DNA of 64,000 nucleotides from Candidatus Thorarchaeota archaeon (GCA_046758445.1 JBHIAE010000013.1:1-64000); one strand, 5' to 3'; counted from the stretch's first letter, positions 48,618-58,706 are shown. Notes: a model not told the origin generated them from the sequence alone. Program-made: numbers and translations.

Positions 48618-49397
48618 TTGAAATCTACACAATACAGCGAAAAAACACTCGACCACTTTAGGAACCCGCGCAATGTTGGTGTTCTCGAGGGAGATGATGT
48701 AGCAAGTGGTCGCGTGGGGAATCCCGTATGTGGGGATCTTATGGAATTCTTCATCAAAGTAGAGGATGAGAGAATTGTTGACGCCAAGTTCAGGACGTTC
48801 GGATGTGGTTCAGCTATTGCCACAAGCAGTATGACTACTGAGTTGGTGATTGGCATGACTCTAGACGAGGCAATGGAGGTCACGAGAGAGGACGTTGCCT
48901 CGGAGCTAGACGGTTTGCCACCGATTAAGATGCACTGCTCAAACCTTGCTGCTGATGCACTCCACGAGGCTATCAAGACATACAGAGCAAGGCAGAATCC
49001 TGATGATGTGATAGAGCCGGAAACCGAGTATACACAGCCTACATGCATAATTGGACAAGACAAGTTGATGGACAAGGGAGTCTTTCTCGACGTGAATGAC
49101 TTGGAGGACTTTGCCGACCTTCGTGTATTGGTTGTTCATACTGGCGATGAGTCAGTAGAGTCAGCTCTAGAACTGACCTCGCAGACGGATCGTGTAGTCC
49201 TTCTCACTCCCGAGAAGGAGGTAGTTACAACAGATGAGCTCAGAGAGGAGCTCGACAGGTCAAGTGTCAAGATTATCTTCGAGTCTAGACTCTTGGAAAT
49301 CCGCGGAGAGTTTGAGGTAGAGAAGGTTCTGATTCACAATCTGGATGAAGACGAGGAATACGAGTTGTTTGTGGACGCCGTCGTGATTATTGAGTGA
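48618..49397 (+). CDS. iscU: IscU/NifU-N scaffold fused to degenerate thioredoxin-reductase NADPH-binding domain
   Basis: DHFRNPRNVG, GNPVCGD, FGCGSAIA, KMHCSNLA; C-terminal half follows the TrxR middle-domain pattern. Confidence 0.88.
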   Translation: MKSTQYSEKTLDHFRNPRNVGVLEGDDVASGRVGNPVCGDLMEFFIKVEDERIVDAKFRTFGCGSAIATSSMTTELVIGMTLDEAMEVTREDVASELDGLPPIKMHCSNLAADALHEAIKTYRARQNPDDVIEPETEYTQPTCIIGQDKLMDKGVFLDVNDLEDFADLRVLVVHTGDESVESALELTSQTDRVVLLTPEKEVVTTDELREELDRSSVKIIFESRLLEIRGEFEVEKVLIHNLDEDEEYELFVDAVVIIE

Positions 49398-49469
49398 CTT
49401 CTTGACAACCAGCAATGTTGTCCCAATGTATTAAGTGCCGACAAGGAGTAGTTTGTCTGGGCATCTGGG

Positions 49470-50348
49470 TTGACGGAGAACCAAGAGAAGACCATAAGGC
49501 AATGGCTGGCGCGGCTCGCAATTCTCCTAGTGGCCCCGCTCATGCCGTACTGAGTCTGGATGAAAAAGGGGGTTGTGTTCAAAGTCACCTCACTCTTCTG
49601 GGAGTACGATCAACTATCTGAGGGATGGTTAATACGCCAGAATCCTACCTTGCTCTTCGGAATGGTCCTTTTGTGGCTGCCAGGCATTGTGTTCTCATAT
49701 ATGCTGGACACGCTTCCTCAAGACAAGTCGCCGATATCCATTGGGCTGATACTCACTGCGGTCACAATCGTAGCAGCGGTGCCTTTCAGGCTCCCAGGAC
49801 CACCTGTCACTGCTCTGGTAATGTTGTCCTATTCCATATTACTCGTCTTCGGTATGATTATCGTTCCCATGACAAGAAGAGAGTTGTCTATACGTTCAGA
49901 TAGTCTGACAGATGGATGGCCATCCACTCTGCACCGTGGAGCCTTTGTCGTTTGGCTCTTGGCTCTACTATCTCCATATAACATCCAGTTTTTCGGAGGC
50001 CCGAACTCATTCTTTCTACATGCATGGCCCTACCAAGTGGGCCTTACCTATGACCTTGGAGGATTCAGTGCGTCCATCTGGCTATTCCCCTTCATCACAG
50101 CGACGATGGGCCTATTCTTTCCTCCTCTCCTTCTCATTCCCCTACTCAACATTGCGTTTTCCTACTATGTTACGCAGTACTGTTTGGATCATAGAGAGTC
50201 CTCAAGGAGTAGGGCCATACTGCTAGCATTCCTTGCCATACCTGCAAATCTGCTCCCCCTCCTAGGAACTTGGGCCATGGAGTTGTATGTACCGTTTCCG
50301 CTCGTGCAGGCAGTCGGACTGCTTCTCATGAAACGCTGTGGTGAATGA
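49470..50348 (+). CDS. Multi-pass membrane protein, apparently interrupted by in-frame TGA at 49551 (possible pseudogene)
   Basis: ORF 49560..50348 extends in frame through the TGA to TTG 49470, adding a TM helix similar to one in the second half. Confidence 0.55.
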
Positions 50349-50426
50349 CTGGCAATATAGTCACAGAAGTGGAATCTTGCCCCGGTATCCGGTAAATACA
50401 ATTGACTGGTCTGTTTCGAGAGTAGC

Positions 50427-50885
50427 ATGCGGACTGTGAGAGGAGCTGTAGACTCTGACAGAGAATTGCTTGTGAAACTGTTTGTGTCTGAGGTCGAAGA
50501 CGATGCCAAACTGGCTGAACAGTTCGCTGACGACCTGTTACGATTCCGAACCATTCTCTGTCTTGAGAACCAAGAGGTAATTGGCACTGTTAGCTGGGAC
50601 ATCAGGGGAAACCTTGATGATGGAGTTGTAGAGCTGATTGGACTCGGAGTGAATCCCAAGTTTCGAAGACAGGGAATAGCCAGGAAACTTGTGGAAACAC
50701 TGATTCAAGATGTGTCAGAGTACTACTCCAAGAGTAAACACCACCTTCGAGTGATCTATCTCTTCATGGAGAAGCAGAATGATCTCGGGCGCTCCTTCTA
50801 CAATACCATGGGTTTCAAAGAGGTTGCAGAGGTTCCTTTATTATACCCGCATGATGACGCTAGTATTTGGACACTGCACCTATGA
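50427..50885 (+). CDS. GNAT acetyltransferase
   Basis: GVNPKFRRQGIA, N..G..FY..MGF. Confidence 0.85.
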   Translation: MRTVRGAVDSDRELLVKLFVSEVEDDAKLAEQFADDLLRFRTILCLENQEVIGTVSWDIRGNLDDGVVELIGLGVNPKFRRQGIARKLVETLIQDVSEYYSKSKHHLRVIYLFMEKQNDLGRSFYNTMGFKEVAEVPLLYPHDDASIWTLHL

Positions 50886-50896
50886 GGTAGCTGGCC

Positions 50897-53008
50897 ATGG
50901 TCTTCATAGAGAGAAGCTTTCCAAGCAAGGAGATCGATGAGATAGCTTGGAGTGAGAGCAACTCTAGGAAACCGATATACCACATGCACAAGTGGTTCGC
51001 CAGAAGGGTAGGTTGTACATTCAGGGCAATCATTCTTGCTAGTTTTCTGGAAAGAAACCCAATGGATCGATACTACGAGCGCGTTCAGCTCACCAATGCT
51101 GAAGGGTCCCCACCAGTCATCCTTGATCCCTTCATGGGTGGCGGCACCACAATCGTCGAAGGGCATCGTCTAGGATGCAAGATGATAGGCGTTGATGTCA
51201 ATCCTGTGGCATGGTTCATCACGAAGCGAGAGCTTGAACATGTAGACCCAGAGAGTGCCACGAGGGAGTTCAGGAGAATCGAAGAGACCGTTGGTACCAG
51301 AATCCTCTCATTCTACAAGACGAGATGCAACAAAGACCACGATGGCGATGCGATGTACATCTTCTGGGTCAGAAAGATCAACTGCCAAGACTGCGGCGAA
51401 GAGGTCCCTCTCTTCAAGTCGTTTTTGTTAGCGAACCTTGGGTCGGATGGGAGAGTATACTATTGTCCTGACTGCAGAAAGATAGTCAAATCGAAAAAGG
51501 ACCCCCTTTGTGAATGTGGTAGGGACCTTTCGGGGAGATATTCAACAAACAAGGAATACACATGTCCTTCTTGCGGCATTCAGGGGGACCTGACTTCTGC
51601 ATGGTTATCAGATGGCAAACCTCCCGCTGAGGAGATGTTTGCAATAGAGTACGACTGTAAGGTCTGTGGTAGAGAGTTCAAGACACCCGATGATAGTGAT
51701 CTATCGCACTTTGAAGAGGCCAGGACTGAGTTTATTCGTCAGAAGACTCGGCTGATGGGCAGAATAATCCCTGAGAAGTGTGTGCCTTGGAACAAGATGG
51801 CGACAATGAGACCTCGGTGTCTCGTGTATGACAGATATCACCAGTTCTTCAACGAGCGCCAGCTGTTGTCGTTGGCATTGATAATGGAGGAGATTCTAGA
51901 GATTGATGACATCTCGCTTAGGGAGTTCTTTGCACTCACATTCTCCGATGCACTGAATGCCAACAACATGTTCTGCATATACAACACTACCGCACGAAAA
52001 CTTGAACCGCTCTTTGGAGGTCACTACTTCTCTCCACCAACAACGCCAGTCGAGAACAATGTCTGGGGTGCCAGAGTAGGAAGAGGCACTTTTCGGAGGT
52101 ACTTCCTGAAGGGTCTGAGGGCCCTCAAGTACCAAAGTAGCCCCCATGAAATAAGGTTCAACTCGAACATTGGGATTGGGGGAGGAGTCGTCAGGCATAG
52201 AGAACGTGTGGTAATCCCAGGTGACCGGATAGATGCAGAGTTTGCAGACTCCTTCAGCGACCTCGAAGAGGGAAAGGACACGCTTCTCACTTGCAAGTCA
52301 TCAGAAGACCTTGGTATGCTCCCTGACAACTCTGTTGATGCAGTAGTCACCGACCCCCCATACTATGACAACATCATGTATTCGGAGCTCTCTGAATTCT
52401 TCTACGTATGGCTGCAGAAGATAGTCCCCGATGCATTTCGGAACTTGTCGTCTGGGTCATCAAGTTCAGACGACAGAGAGATTCTAGTAAACTCCAAGAT
52501 TGGCAAAGGAGATAGCTTCTTCGTGGACTCCATGACTCGAGTCTACATGGAACTCAACAGAGTGCTCAAGGATGATGGCCTACTCACGTTCGTCTTCCAG
52601 CACAAGCGGCCGAAGGCTTGGTCAGCACTCCTCAAGACTCTGATTAGGTCTGAGTTCCAAGTCACGGCCATGTATCCAACTCATGGCGAAACCCCCAGTG
52701 GTGTCCGAGCTCATGGCATGAGCTACAACACCATTCTTGTCTGCAGAAAAGGGTTGGAAAGAACACAGAGCCCGATCTCCATGGATGAATTGAGAGATAG
52801 AATCCGTACCAGCGTGTTTCAAGTTCTCGTTGACCATCCGGAGATCAACGAAACCGAAGCACTAGTGCTCGCCATGGGGAAGGCACTCCAGATTTGCACT
52901 CAGGATGCTGGATTGATAGACATCGCCAGAGAAGATCAATCAGAAAAAGGATCGACGGACATGCTGGAGCACCTTGTGAGAGAGAGTATCAGGGATCACT
53001 ACTCGTAA
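50897..53008 (+). CDS. DUF1156-type adenine DNA methyltransferase with Zn-ribbon insert
   Basis: HKWFARR, LDPFMGGGTT, several CxxC pairs, VTDPPYYDN. Confidence 0.88.
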   Translation: MVFIERSFPSKEIDEIAWSESNSRKPIYHMHKWFARRVGCTFRAIILASFLERNPMDRYYERVQLTNAEGSPPVILDPFMGGGTTIVEGHRLGCKMIGVDVNPVAWFITKRELEHVDPESATREFRRIEETVGTRILSFYKTRCNKDHDGDAMYIFWVRKINCQDCGEEVPLFKSFLLANLGSDGRVYYCPDCRKIVKSKKDPLCECGRDLSGRYSTNKEYTCPSCGIQGDLTSAWLSDGKPPAEEMFAIEYDCKVCGREFKTPDDSDLSHFEEARTEFIRQKTRLMGRIIPEKCVPWNKMATMRPRCLVYDRYHQFFNERQLLSLALIMEEILEIDDISLREFFALTFSDALNANNMFCIYNTTARKLEPLFGGHYFSPPTTPVENNVWGARVGRGTFRRYFLKGLRALKYQSSPHEIRFNSNIGIGGGVVRHRERVVIPGDRIDAEFADSFSDLEEGKDTLLTCKSSEDLGMLPDNSVDAVVTDPPYYDNIMYSELSEFFYVWLQKIVPDAFRNLSSGSSSSDDREILVNSKIGKGDSFFVDSMTRVYMELNRVLKDDGLLTFVFQHKRPKAWSALLKTLIRSEFQVTAMYPTHGETPSGVRAHGMSYNTILVCRKGLERTQSPISMDELRDRIRTSVFQVLVDHPEINETEALVLAMGKALQICTQDAGLIDIAREDQSEKGSTDMLEHLVRESIRDHYS

Positions 53009-53032
53009 GTGGTACACGCTGTACGGGTTTGG

Positions 53033-54319
53033 TCATGAAGACAATGGAACTTGAAGCAGGTACTTGAAGCCCAAGTCTTGACTATTCATGACGTCTTGCT
53101 TGAGCGTCTTCACGACACGCCTTATTCGCTCCGAGCCAATCTCTGAAACCGTCTTGAAGCCTGCCTCTACGGCCCTTGAGTCTGCTGGTACTTCTTCGGG
53201 ACTCTGTACCATGATGAACCTTCTATTGCCGCCGTCTTCATGATTCAGCTCGAGAACTGCATGTGCTGTAGTACAGGATCCCGCAAAGAAGTCCAAGACG
53301 ATGTCATTCTCACTGGCCTCAGTGCTTAGACTTAACATCCTCTTAATCAGTCGTACCGGTTTCGGGGTGTCGAATACTCCAACGTCACCAAAGATCTCTC
53401 GAATGCTACGACGAGCCTCCTGATTGTCCCCAACCTCTGTGCGTTTCCAGATAGTTCGAGGAGTGACTCCTGGCTTGACGTCAGAGAGAAAACGCTTCAG
53501 TCGCGGCACGTTGCCCCCCTGATCGCCGAACCAGACCCGATTCTCGCTAACCAGCGCGAGGAATGAACTCTTCGGCATACCCCAACATCTACCTCTCGGC
53601 GGCTTCACAATACGACCTGAAGGGGTGGTAATCTCATAGTCGTAGTCCTTGTTGTACGTCTTCACAGTCAGGTCGCTTGAAGTCCACGGACCACGTGCGT
53701 CCTCATCTCGATTCTTATAGCGGGAGTCAACCTCATCTGTACGCGGCAACAGGTTAGGACGCCATCTTTCCTTGGTGCGGGCGTAGAGCAAGATGTAGTC
53801 ATGGTTGTCCGACAACCATCTGGCGTCATTCTGTGGTGAGAACTTCTTCTCCCAGACAATAGTGGCAACGAAGTTCTCCTCACCAAAGACCTCATTCATC
53901 ATCATGCGAAGGTGATGAACCTCATTGTCATCAATCGATGCGAAGATGACGCCGTCCTCCCTGAGCAGCTTGCGTGCGAGTAGCAATCTTGGAAATATCA
54001 TTGAAAACCAACCAGAATGAGGATTCTCGTTTGAAGATGAATTGAGTCCGGTCTGGTGTCTATCGCTGTATACGTAGGCCCCGCCAGAATTGTATGGGGG
54101 GTCAATGTAGATCATTCTGACCTTGCCCTCGTACTGCGATTGAAGCAGTTTAAGGACTTCTAGATTGTCACCCTCGACAAACATATTCTTGGTGTTGTCA
54201 AATTCGACTGACTGCTCCAGATTGGGTTCTAGTCTGAACAAGGACGGTGAGAACGCGCGCTCTCGTGCCTTGTCCTTTCTAGGCCACAAAAGAGTGCAAG
54301 TGTGATCTCGCTCGGTCAT
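53033..54319 (-). CDS. Type III Mod-like m6A DNA methyltransferase (no Res gene in window)
   Basis: EGDNLEVLK, IYIDPPYN, SIDDNE, FDTPKP, LDFFAGSCTT. Confidence 0.9.
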   Translation of the reverse strand: MTERDHTCTLLWPRKDKARERAFSPSLFRLEPNLEQSVEFDNTKNMFVEGDNLEVLKLLQSQYEGKVRMIYIDPPYNSGGAYVYSDRHQTGLNSSSNENPHSGWFSMIFPRLLLARKLLREDGVIFASIDDNEVHHLRMMMNEVFGEENFVATIVWEKKFSPQNDARWLSDNHDYILLYARTKERWRPNLLPRTDEVDSRYKNRDEDARGPWTSSDLTVKTYNKDYDYEITTPSGRIVKPPRGRCWGMPKSSFLALVSENRVWFGDQGGNVPRLKRFLSDVKPGVTPRTIWKRTEVGDNQEARRSIREIFGDVGVFDTPKPVRLIKRMLSLSTEASENDIVLDFFAGSCTTAHAVLELNHEDGGNRRFIMVQSPEEVPADSRAVEAGFKTVSEIGSERIRRVVKTLKQDVMNSQDLGFKYLLQVPLSS

Positions 54320-54361
54320 TCTGCAAAGTAAAAGGATTCAGTTGCTCGTATTTCAGTATTG

Positions 54362-55459
54362 TCAGCGGCCAGCGGTTCTGTTGCGGATTATCTGGATGGA
54401 TCTCTCCAAAGGGATGCTCCAAGTACACGTCTTCTGATCGAGCAGCTCAAGAGGATGTGACGGTTTGACCAAAGGAGAACTGTGCAAGGTCTGGAAGAAG
54501 TAGGATGCGACGTGGGGACGGATGATGTCAAAGCCCCTCAGGAATCCCTTGTGGTCCCTTGATGACAGACTGAAGCGTATGTAGTATCGCGTTCTCGACT
54601 CCATCATGACATAGAGTTGAAACGGGAGTTCATAGAAACTCTTGAGAACGCCATCTACAGGTTCTTCAAGCTCCAGAAACATGACAATCATTCCATGGTC
54701 ACTATACGGAGAGAATGCAGACTTGTAGCCCTTTATGATGCCGGTCCTCTCCAAACGGTGGAGCCTCTTATTGACTTGGGTCTCTGAGAGTCCTAATTGC
54801 TGGGAGAGTTGCTTCTGAGTCATCTCTGACGCCTTCGTAACATGTTTGAGCAGAAGCACGTCCTTAGAGTCGAAATCTACAACTCTGGGACTGAGTTCCA
54901 TTCTTGGTGGAGACCCCTCTCTAGTTCGTAGATTCCTCTCAATCTGCTTGTACCACTCTGTCCAATCCCATGACCAGCTTGAGTCAGTGTTGAAGTACCG
55001 GTAATCCGCTCGTTTGTACTCATAGTCCACAATGTCAAAGATATGGTAGTCAGCTACGAGGTCTTCTTCTTGCATGGCCCTCAATAGTGTCCTCGTTGTG
55101 CTTGGAGAAGAGAGAGGATAAGCAGTCTGAGCGATGTAGCCGTTGTACTTCCCGTAAGTTTCGCTATACCAGTAGAATGGTGTGAGTGCTTCAATCACAT
55201 ATCGAAGATGGCGCGTCCCTCTCCTACTCGTTTCTAATGCAACGAGGTTGTTGCCGAGACCTAACTTACGCTCATGTGCGATGGCATGAGGAGGGTAGAG
55301 GATACCGGTCCTCCTCAATCTTGAGCGTCGATACCTGACAGTCCTAGAGGGAATCCCAAGAGTTTCTCCTAGCTGCTTCGCTGAGGCTTTGGCTCCAATC
55401 TCATCAAGAGCACCAATGATGTCCAAGTCCTTGCGATCGATGGAAAGGTCACTTGTCAG
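54362..55459 (-). CDS. Tandem Lrp/AsnC-type HTH regulator
   Basis: Two Lrp-like HTH units; first helix IDRKDLDII lies upstream of the ORF-track start, so CTG 55459 is the likely start. Confidence 0.8.
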   Translation of the reverse strand: MTSDLSIDRKDLDIIGALDEIGAKASAKQLGETLGIPSRTVRYRRSRLRRTGILYPPHAIAHERKLGLGNNLVALETSRRGTRHLRYVIEALTPFYWYSETYGKYNGYIAQTAYPLSSPSTTRTLLRAMQEEDLVADYHIFDIVDYEYKRADYRYFNTDSSWSWDWTEWYKQIERNLRTREGSPPRMELSPRVVDFDSKDVLLLKHVTKASEMTQKQLSQQLGLSETQVNKRLHRLERTGIIKGYKSAFSPYSDHGMIVMFLELEEPVDGVLKSFYELPFQLYVMMESRTRYYIRFSLSSRDHKGFLRGFDIIRPHVASYFFQTLHSSPLVKPSHPLELLDQKTCTWSIPLERSIQIIRNRTAGR

Positions 55460-55530
55460 GTGATCACTTCCCTACTATGAAGCCAGAGAATTCATTTAAT
55501 GATAGGTTTCCGAGTACGAAGCCTTACGCT

Positions 55531-55560
55531 GTTGGCAACTCTTATAAAACGAGAATTGCC
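55531..55560 (+). promoter_or_regulatory. TATA box flanked by imperfect inverted repeat
   Basis: GGCAACTC-TTATAAAAC-GAGAATTGCC between two divergent regulators. Confidence 0.45.
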
Positions 55561-55645
55561 TATGGTACGTTTGATGGTGCAAAGTTGGCAATCGGACCAC
55601 CATGAAGTGGCCGAAACTTGCATCAGTTCCTAAGGAGGATAAGAT

Positions 55646-55930
55646 GTGCGATTACCATTCGGACTCACCAAGAGTTCAATTGTAGTTCTTGACAAACTGG
55701 CCAATGAAGGCCCGATGTACCCACAGGAGATTGCTGACAAAGTGGGTCTCGCCCCACGAACTGTCACTCTTGCCTTGAGGAACCTTCTGAAACATAATCT
55801 ATGTCGCAAGGTTGCCAACTTCCAAGACATGCGTAAACCGCTCTATCACGCTGACATCGAGAGAGTCCGCAAGCTTGAGAAAGAGCTTGACATCTGGAGA
55901 ACACTCGCGAGCGTGCAAGTACGAGCATAG
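55646..55930 (+). CDS. Small winged-helix transcription regulator
   Basis: GPMYPQEIA...LAPRTVTLALRNL, DMRKPLY. Confidence 0.8.
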   Translation: MRLPFGLTKSSIVVLDKLANEGPMYPQEIADKVGLAPRTVTLALRNLLKHNLCRKVANFQDMRKPLYHADIERVRKLEKELDIWRTLASVQVRA

Positions 55931-56028
55931 GATATGCATCAGTGACGTGTCTTCACTTCTTTGCGGACTAGTGCTGATGCCATTTCTTTGTCGCAAGAGA
56001 GTAGAATGAGATCTGATAACGACTACTC

Positions 56029-56367
56029 TTACTCGTTGAAGCAGCCTTTGAGAACAGCGTGCATGATCGCACCTCGCACCTTATCGATGTCTGGCAATCC
56101 TGCAATGACATTCCTACAGATGCTGATGGTCGGGAGCCCAATGATTCCTGAGTAGTCACGAACATCACCGCCAAGCGCGCTAGCATCAACCAGCTTGATA
56201 GTGGTATCCGCAAGCCCAAAATCAGACACTACCTCTTTGAGAATCTCCCACGCAGCATCACAGAAGAAGCAGTCATTGCCTGTGTACAAGGTGATACAGC
56301 CAGGTTTTCCACAGGGTGTCTTCGTTGGCTCAAGTAGGATACTGGGCAAGTGAGTTCTGACGGTCAT
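56029..56367 (-). CDS. Thioredoxin/glutaredoxin-like protein
   Basis: LYTGNDCFFC, GLPTI (cis-Pro), GLP. Confidence 0.72.
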   Translation of the reverse strand: MTVRTHLPSILLEPTKTPCGKPGCITLYTGNDCFFCDAAWEILKEVVSDFGLADTTIKLVDASALGGDVRDYSGIIGLPTISICRNVIAGLPDIDKVRGAIMHAVLKGCFNE

Positions 56368-56620
56368 GTTGATTCAAGACACCAGTAGTCAATTGGTATA
56401 TAATGGGTTGTAGTGAAACCATCCATTCACAGAAGTCCGCAAAACATCCTCCCGCTGCGCTCTGTTTGTATTACATTGGCCGTCTGGAGACCGACTGCGA
56501 CTCCAGCAGTTTCCGTGGAAAGTTCGAAGCTTCCGCACCCGGACTCAACTTAACATTCGGACACATATCATCCTCGTATATAACCAGGTCCAAGGCTACG
56601 GAAGAGACTCCTCGGTCTGC

Positions 56621-57808
56621 CTACACGACCCCGCACGCAATGCCGAGTCCACGTTGTAGATCTGCAAGAAGGTCTTCAGAATCCTCAATGCCCACTGAGA
56701 GTCTAACAGTGGACTCCGAGATGCCCATCTCTGACAACACATCGTTGTTGATGCCATAATGTGTGGTGAGCACAGGAATGCTAGCCAGACTCTCAACGCC
56801 CCCTAGGGAAACAGCATTCAGAAAGATCCTCAGCGAGTCTACGAAGGTACGAGTGGCCGCTAGGTCACAGTCTACCTCGAGAGACAACATTCCACCGAAG
56901 CCCTTCATCTGCTTCTTGGCAATATCATGGTTTGGATGACTTGGAAGCGCTGGATAGTGGACTCTCCTCACTCGGGGATCTTTCGAGAGCGTTTCAGCAA
57001 GATATAACGCGCTAGAGTTGTGTTGTGCCATTCTGACCGCCAGCGTCTTGATTCCTCGGTCTAGAAGAAACGCGGCGAATGGATCGACTGTTCCTCCCAA
57101 TAGCTTTGCTGCACTTCTTATCTTGTCGATTACCTCTTTTGAGCCCGACACTGTTCCCGCGATGATGTCAGTGTGGCCACCGAGGTACTTGGTCGCGCTA
57201 TGCATCACCACATCAATGCCCAGCTTGTGTGGTTGCTGGTTTATTGGAGTTGCAAAGGTACTGTCAATCATGCTTGTTGTCCCCACAGAGCGAGCAGCAT
57301 CAGCGACTTTGGAAATATCCACTATTCTCAGTGTGGGATTCGTAGGTGTTTCAAAGAAGCAGAGCTTGTACTTGCCACCTGAGTCTGAGAGATGGTCGGC
57401 AAACTCGTCGTGGTCAACCATGTCAACTTCGATTCCATTCTGAGGGAGTACATCCTCAAAGAGATGTACAGTCCCGCCGTAGATGGACTCACTGGACAGA
57501 ATTCGCTCGCCTCCCTTCACTAGACCCATCACAGCTGTGGTGATGGCAGCCATTCCGGAAGACAGGACAAGTGTGTCTTCCGTTCTCTCAAGGGAACTGA
57601 TCTTGTCCTCCACATGCTTTGTCGTGGGATTGCTCCACCTTGTGTACACATGACCTCCAGACTTGCCCGTCACTGAGTCAAGCATCTCGTCCTGATTCTC
57701 AAAGACGAATGTTGATGTCTGGACGATGGGAACAGCTGCAGGTCCCGACTTCTGAACCTTGGTGCCTTGGACGCATAGAGTTGCTGGTCGTCTCTCTTCA
57801 CTACTCAT
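56621..57808 (-). CDS. Cys/Met metabolism PLP enzyme (cystathionine gamma-synthase/methionine gamma-lyase family)
   Basis: YTRWSNPT, SSGMAAI, ETPTNP, HSATKYLGGH, AVSLGGVESL, RLSVGIE; start ATG 57808. Confidence 0.92.
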   Translation of the reverse strand: MSSEERRPATLCVQGTKVQKSGPAAVPIVQTSTFVFENQDEMLDSVTGKSGGHVYTRWSNPTTKHVEDKISSLERTEDTLVLSSGMAAITTAVMGLVKGGERILSSESIYGGTVHLFEDVLPQNGIEVDMVDHDEFADHLSDSGGKYKLCFFETPTNPTLRIVDISKVADAARSVGTTSMIDSTFATPINQQPHKLGIDVVMHSATKYLGGHTDIIAGTVSGSKEVIDKIRSAAKLLGGTVDPFAAFLLDRGIKTLAVRMAQHNSSALYLAETLSKDPRVRRVHYPALPSHPNHDIAKKQMKGFGGMLSLEVDCDLAATRTFVDSLRIFLNAVSLGGVESLASIPVLTTHYGINNDVLSEMGISESTVRLSVGIEDSEDLLADLQRGLGIACGVV

Positions 57809-57962
57809 TCTTCTCACTCCAGATTGTTCAGTCAAACATGATTGGGATACTTCAGATGGTATGTGCTTTGACTTATAGATGAGTGCAAAGGGACTTGGGC
57901 CCACCATGAAAGAGAAGTCTCAAATCACAGTTTGTCCTCAAGTGGGCCCAGAGGTTCTCAGC

Positions 57963-58646
57963 ATGAACGACCAGGCTACAGGACTTCCGTGTACCTGTGC
58001 TGATGAGTCAGTCTGTGGCGACTGTACTCTTGAAGACTTGTTGAACTGTAGATACGACGAAGAGCTTGTGATGTGCTTTCGCAAAAGACATCTGCCGTAT
58101 CGTGGACTCGCCTTGTTGACAGTGGGCATTGCATCTTCCGTGACCAGTGTGTGGTGGATGTGTTTTGCGTACGCACTAGTCACGCTGTTGAACTTCACAC
58201 TGATTGAGTCTTGGTACCTGTGTAGACACTGTCCGTTCTATGTGAAGGAGGGCCGTACTCTACACTGCATCACCTTGAAGGGAATGCCCAGACTATGGAG
58301 ATATGATCCTGGACCTCTGAACCGAACCGATAGGATGGCAATGCTCCTGGTTGGGGGTTTCATAGACCTCTTTCCAATTGTTGCGGGTGGATATGCTACT
58401 TGGGCCCTATTCACGGTCGGGGCCGATACGGTCCTCGTCACCGCGATTGCTGCCATGACCATACTGATGCTCGGTGTATCTGTCTACATCGGCAGATTCC
58501 TGGCTGACAACTATTGTGTCAAGTGCGTGAACTTCTCCTGTGTCATGAGCAAGACACCAAAGGCTGTGGCTGACGAATACTTACAGAGGAACCCGTTCAT
58601 GAGGGAAATATGGGAAGCTTGTGGGTACGTGCTTGGAGATGAGTAG
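57963..58646 (+). CDS. Cys-rich four-TM membrane protein
   Basis: CTC...CGDC, CRHCPFY...C, CVKCVNFSC motifs between TM pairs. Confidence 0.7.
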   Translation: MNDQATGLPCTCADESVCGDCTLEDLLNCRYDEELVMCFRKRHLPYRGLALLTVGIASSVTSVWWMCFAYALVTLLNFTLIESWYLCRHCPFYVKEGRTLHCITLKGMPRLWRYDPGPLNRTDRMAMLLVGGFIDLFPIVAGGYATWALFTVGADTVLVTAIAAMTILMLGVSVYIGRFLADNYCVKCVNFSCVMSKTPKAVADEYLQRNPFMREIWEACGYVLGDE

Positions 58647-58706
58647 CCAATACGGGCACACAGGGCTGCCCAAGTCGACTTCACTCGGAGGAGGGAATGT
58701 AAGTCC

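Noticed and set aside
56400-56600. Short hairpins (CTGGAG/CTCCAG) in the intergenic region
   Set aside because: Too short to distinguish from chance; no recognisable RNA family
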